Below, piece after piece: positions 4,733-11,774 of a DNA stretch of 13,997 nt. Within the stretch, counting starts at the first letter, position 1, and each line of letters opens with the position of its first letter. Source of the DNA: Caedibacter taeniospiralis (GTDB lineage: Bacteria; Pseudomonadota; Gammaproteobacteria; Francisellales; Francisellaceae); the NCBI RefSeq assembly GCF_002803295.2, contig NZ_PGGB02000009.1, positions 53,324 through 67,320 of the forward strand, read 5' to 3'. The position numbers were made by a program, and so were the translations under genes. The notes beneath the pieces are model-generated. The model was not told the DNA's origin, ran no database searches, and saw nothing but the letters and a program-made list of their open reading frames with translations.

Positions 4733-6301
4733 TTGGAAAATAAGATTGAATATTTGGGTATTGATGAGTTGATGCCGTACAAAAATAACGCCCGTACACA
4801 TAGTGAAAATCAAATCAATAAGATTGCCGCCAGTATGCAAGAGTTCGGCTTTATAGCGCCTGTTGTGATTAACGATGAAAATATGATTTTGGCAGGTCAT
4901 GGTCGTCTGATTGCAGCAAAGCAGATAGGACTGCAACAAGTGCCCGTTGTGCGTGTTGCGCATTTAACGAAAGCGCAGCAGCGTGCCTATACTTTAGCTG
5001 ACAATCGCATTGCTGATGATGCGGGCTGGGATGATGAGCTTTTGAAGATTGAGCTTAGTGAACTGAACGAGTTAGATTTTGATTTAACGATGACGGGTTT
5101 TGAAGATGAGGAGTTAAACCGTCTTATCTTTGAAGAGGAGGACGAAGAAGATACATTTTTAACGGATGAGGAAGATTGTCCCGCGGTTGAAAACAATGCG
5201 GTATCTGTCTATGGAGATGTCTGGCTTTTGGGTGAGCATCGGGTGATGTGTGGTGATAGTACGGTGATAAGTGATGTTAAAAAGCTTGTAGGTGATGAAA
5301 AAGCACAACTACTCCACGCCGATCCCCCTTACGGTATGGGCAAGGCTAGTGATGGCGTTGCGAATGATAACTTATACGATGAGAAGCTCGATGACTTTCA
5401 AATGGCGTGGTGGGTGACTTTTCGTACTTTTGTTGCTGACAATGCCAGTGCGTATATTTGGGATAATGCACCCGAGTTATGGCGACTTTGGTATAAACGA
5501 TTAGAGAAGACTGAGCATATAGAGCTGCGCAATCAGATTGTGTGGGATAAAAAAAGCATTGCGGGAATGAAGTCAGAATTAATGACGCAGTTCCCGATTG
5601 CGACAGAACATTGTTTGTTTATGCAGCTTGGCAAGCAGTTTATTGGCTCAATTAACGCAGAGGACTACCCAGAGGAATACGAGGTGATCAGAACTTATCT
5701 AGCCGATGAAGCACAAAAAGCAGGGGTAAAGCAAAAAGACATGCAGCAACATTGCAACTGCCAAATGTATGCCCACTGGTTTACTAAATCCCAATTCACA
5801 TTAATTCCACAAAAGCATTACAAAACACTGCAAGCGGCTTATCCAGAGTACTTTAAAAAGTCATGGAGTGAATTAAAAAAAGAGTGGGATAAGCTAAAAG
5901 GTAAAGGCAGTGAGTTTAAGGCTGGCAAACTACAGTCGATGCGCAGTTATTTCGATAATGCGCACGAAGTGATGCGAGACGTATGGGAGTTTCCACGCGT
6001 CGTTGGTGATGAGCGTCATGGTCACGCAACGCCAAAGCCCGTTGCAATGATGGAACGCATTATGAAATCAAGCTTGCCTGCCAAAGGTTTATGCTTAGAG
6101 CCGTTTGGTGGCAGTGGCGCGACACTGATTGGTGCAGAAAAAACAAAGCGAAAATGTTACACAATGGAGTTGCAGCCCTGCTATGTCGACGTGATTGTTA
6201 AACGTTGGCAAAGTTTTACAGGCAAAGAGGCAATTCATTTAGCGTCTGGCAAAACATTTAATCAATTACTCAATACAGCAGATGAGAAAGTAAGCACATG
6301 A
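4733..6301 (+). CDS. ParB-like nuclease domain fused to an N6-adenine/N4-cytosine DNA methyltransferase (beta class), TTG start
   Basis: The N-terminus 'IEYLGIDELMPYKNNARTHSENQINKIAASMQEFGFIAPVVI...LAGHGRLIAA' is ParB/Srx-like. 'LLHADPPYGMG' is the DPPY motif IV, and the C-terminal 'CLEPFGGSGATLIGAE' is the AdoMet motif I. The conserved residues begin right at the TTG, which is why I chose it as the start. Confidence 0.8.
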   Translation: MENKIEYLGIDELMPYKNNARTHSENQINKIAASMQEFGFIAPVVINDENMILAGHGRLIAAKQIGLQQVPVVRVAHLTKAQQRAYTLADNRIADDAGWDDELLKIELSELNELDFDLTMTGFEDEELNRLIFEEEDEEDTFLTDEEDCPAVENNAVSVYGDVWLLGEHRVMCGDSTVISDVKKLVGDEKAQLLHADPPYGMGKASDGVANDNLYDEKLDDFQMAWWVTFRTFVADNASAYIWDNAPELWRLWYKRLEKTEHIELRNQIVWDKKSIAGMKSELMTQFPIATEHCLFMQLGKQFIGSINAEDYPEEYEVIRTYLADEAQKAGVKQKDMQQHCNCQMYAHWFTKSQFTLIPQKHYKTLQAAYPEYFKKSWSELKKEWDKLKGKGSEFKAGKLQSMRSYFDNAHEVMRDVWEFPRVVGDERHGHATPKPVAMMERIMKSSLPAKGLCLEPFGGSGATLIGAEKTKRKCYTMELQPCYVDVIVKRWQSFTGKEAIHLASGKTFNQLLNTADEKVST

Positions 6302-6302
6302 T

Positions 6303-6812
6303 ATGGCAGCAAATCTTATCACTGCAAGGGTTCTTGCAAAACTACTGAAATTATCAGAACGAAGAGTTCAGCAACTGGTTAAAGAAGGAGTTTTGACAAA
6401 AGAAAAAAATGGACAATATCCGATGATTGAAAATATTCATCGATATATTGATTACATTGGTGTACGTGCAAGGAATAATGACAGTGATATTGATTTAAAT
6501 GTGGCGTTGAAGGAGGAGAAATTGCGATTGATAAAAGCTCAAGCTGACAATCAAGAAATCAAAGCCAAGTTAGCCGCTAAGCAAGTCATTGAAGTGAGTC
6601 GAATTGAAATGGTTCTTGGTGCAGTTTTCACATTGATGCGTGAGCGTTTGCTTAATATCCCAGATAGATCGGAGCGTACACTGGTTGGTGAGACAGACAA
6701 AGATATATTTAAAAAAACACTTACGCATGAAATTACAGATTCAATGTATAGTATTGAAGATGGTATTGATGAAGTGTTTGATAAACTAATCAATGGAGAC
6801 AGTAATGACTGA
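6303..6812 (+). CDS. Terminase small subunit, lambda Nu1-like
   Basis: The N-terminal winged-HTH 'ARVLAKLLKLSERRVQQLVKEGVL' and the later 'KLRLIKAQADNQEIKAKL' follow the Nu1 layout. The start lies 1 nt after the methylase stop, immediately upstream of TerL. Confidence 0.7.
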   Translation: MAANLITARVLAKLLKLSERRVQQLVKEGVLTKEKNGQYPMIENIHRYIDYIGVRARNNDSDIDLNVALKEEKLRLIKAQADNQEIKAKLAAKQVIEVSRIEMVLGAVFTLMRERLLNIPDRSERTLVGETDKDIFKKTLTHEITDSMYSIEDGIDEVFDKLINGDSND

Positions 6813-8619
6813 GCTGGAGCTAAAAAAATTGATTCACGCTTGCTTTGAAAAATATTTTTTACCAGCAAAAGAAATGAACATTTCACAGTGGTCAGAAGCC
6901 TATGTATATTTGCCAGCAGGCACCTCGGCAGTACCAGGCAGGTGGCGAACATTGCCCTATCAGGTTGGCGTAATGGAGGCAGCAGAAAATACAAAAATAA
7001 ACAAAATCACCTTAATGTGGGGAAGTCAGTTAGGGAAAACGGCGTTAATCAATAATATTCTTGGTTACTACATTCAACATCAACCTGCGTCACAAATGAT
7101 GATGCAACCCAGTGAAACAGATACAAAAATTTGGTTAAATACAAAATTCTATCCAATGGTCAGAAACAGTAAAGAAATTGAAAGATGTCTTGCAAAGCCA
7201 CGGGGACGTGATGGTGTTAATACTAATCAAATGAAAGAGTACTACGGAGGGTTTCTAATGATGGCTTGGTCGGGCTCCCCAAATACCATGCGCGGGCGCT
7301 CGGCACCGAAGATTTATGCCGATGAGGTCGATGGTTATGAGCGCACCAGCGAGGGGCATCCCGTTAATTTATTATGGCAGCGTGCGGCAACTTTTGGCAG
7401 CAAGCGTAAGCTATTAATCACAAGCACCCCGACGCACAAAGGGGCGTCATTTGTTGAAATGAGTTATCTATCGGGTGACCAGCGTCAATTCTACGTGCCC
7501 TGCCCGCACTGCAATGAATTTCAAACTTTACAATGGAAAAATGTCACTTGGCAAAGTGATAAAGGAAAACATGATATTAAAAGCGCACGCTACGCATGCG
7601 AGCATTGTGGTAGTTTAATCAATGACGGACAAAAACTGGCGATGATTCGCAAGGGTGAATGGCGAGCAAATATGCCATTTAATGGGCATGCAAGCTTTCA
7701 TTTAAACGAGTTATACAGTCCCTTTAGAACCTTTGCTGATATTGTGCAATCGTTTTTGGAGAAGAAACAAACAGGTGATTTAAAAACCTTTGTGAATGTG
7801 TCATTGGCTGAAACATGGGAGGAGGAAGGTGAACAGCTAGAGCCAGGCAGTTTATTGGCGCGTGTTGAGTACTGGGAAGCATTACCAGAGGGTGTTGCTT
7901 TAATTACCGCTGGCATCGATGTGCAGCAGGATAGAATTGAACTGCAAGCCGTTGGCTGGGGCGTGGGTGAAGAAAGCTGGATAATTGATTATAAAGTCTT
8001 TCATGGCGAAACCAGTGAGGATGAGGTTTGGCGTGAGCTTACGCAATACCTTGTGCATAAGCGTTATCCGCATCAGTCTGGTAAACAACTGCCCATTGCT
8101 TTTGCCTGCTTAGATACAGGGGGCACTAATAACATGACCTCCAAAGCCTATGATTATGTCAGGCGCAGTCGGATTGGCTTGCCCTTTGCAATCAAAGGTC
8201 GCGGTGGTGAGCATCCTTTCGTTGCTGCCCCAAGTCGCAAACGTGTGCCCAATAAGAAGGCGTTTGATTTATACATGATTGGCATGGATGAGGGTAAAAG
8301 TATTTTATACAACCGTTTGAGACTTGAAGAAGAGAAAGGTGCAAGCGTCATCCACTTTGATGCTAAGGTGTGTGATGCGCGTTATTTTGGGCAGTTGACC
8401 GCTGAAAAACGATTATTGCGCTATCAAAAAGGTTTCCCAAAGTATGAATGGCATAATGTCGCCCCTGATAAGCGCAACGAAGCACTAGACACATATATCT
8501 ACGCGCTAGCGGCATTAAGGATTACCAATATTGATTTGAGCTTAAAACGCCAGCAGTTAAAGCAAGAAGCGAAGGACAATCCAAAGAAAGCAACAGCTAA
8601 AAAGAGTTACAAACTTTAA
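6805..8619 (+). CDS. Terminase large subunit, lambda GpA family
   Basis: The size is about 600 aa. It has a Walker-A-like 'GSQLGKT', a zinc-ribbon 'CPHCNEFQ...CEHCGS', and general GpA-family similarity. I prefer the ATG at 6805 (GGAGA 6 nt upstream); the in-frame ATG at 6793 is an alternative. Confidence 0.85.
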   Translation: MTELELKKLIHACFEKYFLPAKEMNISQWSEAYVYLPAGTSAVPGRWRTLPYQVGVMEAAENTKINKITLMWGSQLGKTALINNILGYYIQHQPASQMMMQPSETDTKIWLNTKFYPMVRNSKEIERCLAKPRGRDGVNTNQMKEYYGGFLMMAWSGSPNTMRGRSAPKIYADEVDGYERTSEGHPVNLLWQRAATFGSKRKLLITSTPTHKGASFVEMSYLSGDQRQFYVPCPHCNEFQTLQWKNVTWQSDKGKHDIKSARYACEHCGSLINDGQKLAMIRKGEWRANMPFNGHASFHLNELYSPFRTFADIVQSFLEKKQTGDLKTFVNVSLAETWEEEGEQLEPGSLLARVEYWEALPEGVALITAGIDVQQDRIELQAVGWGVGEESWIIDYKVFHGETSEDEVWRELTQYLVHKRYPHQSGKQLPIAFACLDTGGTNNMTSKAYDYVRRSRIGLPFAIKGRGGEHPFVAAPSRKRVPNKKAFDLYMIGMDEGKSILYNRLRLEEEKGASVIHFDAKVCDARYFGQLTAEKRLLRYQKGFPKYEWHNVAPDKRNEALDTYIYALAALRITNIDLSLKRQQLKQEAKDNPKKATAKKSYKL

Positions 8620-8942
8620 AGCACAGCTAATTTTGAACTAACAAGTCGATTAAGGCTTATGCCTTGCTCAGCTGCTTTAATAGCAAGAGTTCGATGCGAT
8701 TCAGGTGGTATTCTAACCATAAATGAACCGCTATACTTTTTCTCAGAAAGTGGCGCTGGAATTGCTTCAGCGGAGGCTTGCATATCAAACAAAACCTCAT
8801 GCACAGTTGTGCGAATTCCTTTCAAAGCTAATTCAGGGGATGTGTCAAGCCACGATAATGAAGGGAATTCAGCGCATAAGCCAATGTACTCATTATCATC
8901 AGCTGACCAGGTAACACGGTAGGTATAGTGATCGGCATTCAT
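8616..8942 (-). CDS. hicB: HicB-family antitoxin (N-terminal HicB fold plus C-terminal RHH-type 'RIPPESHRTLAIKAAEQGISLNRLV')
   Basis: The motif pattern fits, and an ATGA start/stop overlap with the upstream hicA is typical of a TA operon. Confidence 0.75.
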   Translation of the reverse strand: MNADHYTYRVTWSADDNEYIGLCAEFPSLSWLDTSPELALKGIRTTVHEVLFDMQASAEAIPAPLSEKKYSGSFMVRIPPESHRTLAIKAAEQGISLNRLVSSKLAVL

Positions 8943-9187
8943 TTTTGCATGTCCTCCAATTTTTTAATGGCTAGCAGAACTTGTTTCACCTGATACGGTT
9001 TAGCTTTGCCATTAGCATTTTGAATATTGATTCTGGGGTCACCAATCCAAGGGGTTTTAAATATCATGTGACTACTGCCAGATTGTCTAGGCTCACCAAA
9101 ATATTCTGTGCATATCTTAGCAAGTTCGTTAAAACTCACATGAGCAGGATTGTTTTTCATTTGCGCTAAAACTTTGTTAGTCGGCAC
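8939..9187 (-). CDS. hicA: HicA-family toxin (GTG start at 9187; an in-frame ATG 9 codons downstream is an alternative)
   Basis: 'GSSHMIFKTPWIGDPRINIQNANGKAKPYQVKQVLLAIKKLE' carries the GSxH core and a conserved tail of a HicA subfamily as I recall it. It is paired with the downstream hicB. Confidence 0.7.
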   Translation of the reverse strand: MPTNKVLAQMKNNPAHVSFNELAKICTEYFGEPRQSGSSHMIFKTPWIGDPRINIQNANGKAKPYQVKQVLLAIKKLEDMQK

Positions 9188-9217
9188 GCTACTATGCTCG
9201 TTTTATATTTTGCACCA

Positions 9218-9246
9218 ATAGTAGCAATATTGATACTAAAAGTCAA
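9218..9246 (-). promoter_or_regulatory. Predicted promoter of the second hicAB pair, with an overlapping 20-bp near-palindrome
   Basis: On the minus strand: TTGACT (9246..9241), 17 nt, TACTAT (9223..9218). The sequence tagtagcaatattgatacta (9219..9238) is an 18/20 palindrome spanning the spacer and -10. Confidence 0.5.
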
Positions 9247-9326
9247 ATAAGTAAGGACAGATTGACGTACTGTTGACATCCTACGCTCCGCAAAGGAAGG
9301 TGTTTTACGGCGCCTCTTTATAAACT

Positions 9327-9635
9327 CTAAGCAGCACACTCATGTAAATCCACCGCAAAATGAATATTATTTCTGTCGAGTAAATCTTGTAAGGCAAGCT
9401 CAATAAAAACTTGTTCAGAATGTCCTAGAATTTGTGCAAATTTTTGTGCCTGCTTGACACTCATTGTTTTACGGTTATTTTCAAGAGCAGATAAATATTG
9501 CTTTGAAACACCGAGTTTATTTGCGAAATCAGCTTGGCTAGATTCTTCACAAGTTCGTAAAGCCCATATTGCTTTGCCAAGCGTTAGTTTTGCTCCAGTT
9601 ATACTTTCAATTAATCTGCTTGTTTCAGTATTCAT
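9327..9635 (-). CDS. XRE-family HTH antitoxin (HigA-like)
   Basis: The HTH 'SQADFANKLGVSKQYLSALENNRKTMSVKQAQKFAQIL' is present, a GAGGTGA RBS precedes the start, and the gene overlaps the upstream toxin gene by 11 nt. Confidence 0.75.
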   Translation of the reverse strand: MNTETSRLIESITGAKLTLGKAIWALRTCEESSQADFANKLGVSKQYLSALENNRKTMSVKQAQKFAQILGHSEQVFIELALQDLLDRNNIHFAVDLHECAA

Positions 9636-9921
9636 GTTTATTCACCTCATCAATTTCAATATAATTCAGTTCAACACTTCCCTTAGCATGTTCGGTATAA
9701 ATGGCACGATGTGCTTTGTTTAATCGTACTGACCGCTGACCTTTTCTATTTCCCTGCAGAGGTTCATCATGATAACCTTTGCATTTTCTCGTTTCTATCA
9801 GACCAATAGCTTCCACCGACCTTGTCCACATCGTGATTTTTAAAGCAATTTGCGCAGGGACTTTCTTTAAATCCTTCTGAGCTTGTTTACCCAATTTAAT
9901 GTGTTTTGTTTCCATAAACAT
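9625..9921 (-). CDS. RelE/ParE-superfamily toxin (HigB-like; toxin-first gene order)
   Basis: 'HDEPLQGNRKGQRSVRLNKAHRAIY...IEIDEVNKHEY' follows the RelE/HigB-type pattern (xLxGxxxGxxSxRLxxxxRxxY ... H-Y). It is followed by the XRE antitoxin. The start is either 9921 or 9915. Confidence 0.7.
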   Translation of the reverse strand: MFMETKHIKLGKQAQKDLKKVPAQIALKITMWTRSVEAIGLIETRKCKGYHDEPLQGNRKGQRSVRLNKAHRAIYTEHAKGSVELNYIEIDEVNKHEY

Positions 9922-9947
9922 CGGCTTATGACGTTAGGTTAAATGTT

Positions 9948-9976
9948 ATAGTAAACCAAAAAGGTTTATATTTCAA
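9948..9976 (-). promoter_or_regulatory. Predicted promoter of the higBA-like pair, with a perfect palindrome in the spacer
   Basis: On the minus strand: TTGAAA (9976..9971), 17 nt, TACTAT (9953..9948). TAAACC-N5-GGTTTA (9952..9968) is a perfect 17-bp palindrome. Confidence 0.5.
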
Positions 9977-9984
9977 GGAAATAG

Positions 9985-10003
9985 ATAAAACTTTGCACAA
10001 ACT
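9985..10003 (+). promoter_or_regulatory. Copy 2 of the 19-nt motif ATAAAAC(A/T)TTGCACAAACT, upstream of the gpW/portal/capsid operon
   Basis: It is 18/19 identical to 4512..4530 and lies 48 nt upstream of the gpW ATG. Confidence 0.5.
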
Positions 10004-10050
10004 CCCCTTCCCCTGCTCCATAAAATAGCTTTATTAAAGATGGGGGGCTT

Positions 10051-10299
10051 ATGGATATTGAGAAAGAGTTACAGCAGAAATATGCTGAGTTAGAGGCGAT
10101 TCGTGCATCCATTAATAAGGTCATCGGCAATGCGCATATTGAATCGTATAGCGCAACAGGTAATTCAATCACGTATCGTGAAATGAAAGATTTGCGTGCG
10201 GAGGAGTCACGGCTGATGTTTGCGATTAATCAGCTTGAGCTGATCAAACAAGGTCAACGAGGCTCGAGCATTGTGAGCACAAGCTTTAGGGTGCGCTAA
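10051..10299 (+). CDS. Head-tail joining / head completion protein, lambda gpW-like
   Basis: The size and position match lambda (between TerL and the portal). The helical N-terminus 'YAELEAIRASINKVI' followed by 'YSATGNSITYREMKDLRAEESRL' follows the gpW pattern. A TAATG overlap joins it to the portal start. Confidence 0.6.
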   Translation: MDIEKELQQKYAELEAIRASINKVIGNAHIESYSATGNSITYREMKDLRAEESRLMFAINQLELIKQGQRGSSIVSTSFRVR

Positions 10300-11774
10300 T
10301 GGGCTTGTTATCATTGTTTAAGCGTGAGAGAGGAGCAAAACGCACAAGCCCATCATTTGAATTCATCGCACAAAAGCGCATGTACGAGGCAGCGCGTTCA
10401 CAGTTGGTGCGTGATGTTTTTAGTGGAGGTGATATCGATGAGATCATTGAATCGCAATCCAGTGCGATTTTGCGTCGCGCGCGTGAAGCCTATGCTAACA
10501 ATGATTATGTCAAAGGCTATATATCGATGGCGTGCACGAATATTATTGGACATCAAGGCATCCGCATTCAGTGCAAAACGCAAAGTGAATCACTGAACAA
10601 TAAAACGGAGCTTAACTTTAATCGTTGGGCGCGTCGGGGCAGATGTGATGTTACGGGACAGCTGTCACTTATTGATGTGCAGCTTGCCTGTGTACGTGCG
10701 CTTTTGCGGGATGGTGAGTTTTTTGTATTAAAACACGTCATCGATGGACAGTTGCAATTGCAGTTAATTGACAACACAAGAATTGATGTCACTAAACGTG
10801 CGACATTAAGCAATGGCAATAAAATCATTAACGGCATAGAACTCAATCAGCTTGGTAGGCCTCAAGCGTATTATTTGTTGGCTGATAATGGCGCGGATAC
10901 ACAGCGCATTGCGGCAAGCAACATCATTCACGGGTTTATTCATGAGTTTATCGGGCAAAAGCGTGGCATTTCAACGATTGCCACGGCATTAATTCGGCTG
11001 GGACTCTTGAAAGAGTTTGAAACGGCTGCCGTGGATAACGCCAGATGCAATGCTAAATCGATGGGGTTTTTCAATCAAGCAGAAACAGAGGTTGATTATA
11101 ATGCCTTAGCAGAAAGAGACAGGGAGGCGGATAATAGCTTTGATATCCAAACCTTAGATGACCGCGCACAATTTCATGTGATTAAGTCAGGATATAAGCT
11201 CGAGAAGTTTGACGGGCAGTTTCCAAGCGCCAACTATGCTCCGTTTAAAGAGTCTATTTTAAAAGCGATTAGTTCCAGTCTGGGTTATGGGGTCAATTAC
11301 ATCAATCTGGGCAATGATTTAAAAGGGGTGAGTTACTCAAGTGCGAGACAAGGCTTATTAAGCGAGCGTGATGCGTGGCGTATGCTGCAAACACTGCTTA
11401 TTGACACCTTAATGCACCCTGTTTTTGACAGTTGGCTTGAGGTTGAGTATTCAAGCGGCAGATTAGGCAACATCAGTGTGTTAAGCTTGGATAATTTAAT
11501 TGATACGGTACGCTTTCAAACGCGCGCATGGGCATGGATTGACCCATTGAAAGATGCCAAAGGCACCACTGAAAGCATTAATAATCGCACGATAAGCTTG
11601 TCGCAAGCTATTCTAGACGCAGGTGGCGACCCTGAGGATACCTTAAAGCAAATTGCTGCTGATTTAGTGCGCTTAAAAGAGCTAGGCATCGTCAATGAGG
11701 TAAGCCCTGAAGAAGACATTCAAAAACAAGTGGAGGATGGAGTAAACAATGCAGAACTATATCAAGACGATTAA
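10299..11774 (+). CDS. Portal protein, lambda family
   Basis: The protein is 491 aa. 'LRRAREAYANNDYVKGYISMACTNIIGHQGIRIQ' and the overall layout are typical of lambda-family (gpB-like) portals. Its position after gpW also fits. Confidence 0.85.
   Translation: MGLLSLFKRERGAKRTSPSFEFIAQKRMYEAARSQLVRDVFSGGDIDEIIESQSSAILRRAREAYANNDYVKGYISMACTNIIGHQGIRIQCKTQSESLNNKTELNFNRWARRGRCDVTGQLSLIDVQLACVRALLRDGEFFVLKHVIDGQLQLQLIDNTRIDVTKRATLSNGNKIINGIELNQLGRPQAYYLLADNGADTQRIAASNIIHGFIHEFIGQKRGISTIATALIRLGLLKEFETAAVDNARCNAKSMGFFNQAETEVDYNALAERDREADNSFDIQTLDDRAQFHVIKSGYKLEKFDGQFPSANYAPFKESILKAISSSLGYGVNYINLGNDLKGVSYSSARQGLLSERDAWRMLQTLLIDTLMHPVFDSWLEVEYSSGRLGNISVLSLDNLIDTVRFQTRAWAWIDPLKDAKGTTESINNRTISLSQAILDAGGDPEDTLKQIAADLVRLKELGIVNEVSPEEDIQKQVEDGVNNAELYQDD

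Noticed and set aside
6551-6994. The 147-aa minus-strand ORF across the TerS/TerL junction, plus similar antisense ORFs (4670..4963, 4987..5196, 7698..8351, 10568..10846, 11944..12917, 13628..13879)
   Set aside because: All lie entirely inside strongly supported plus-strand genes. They have Ser/Leu-rich compositions typical of antisense frames, no SD and no recognisable motifs.
10324-10596. 90-aa alternative-frame ORF at the start of the portal gene
   Set aside because: It overlaps the well-conserved portal N-terminus in another frame. Nothing supports it beyond being open.
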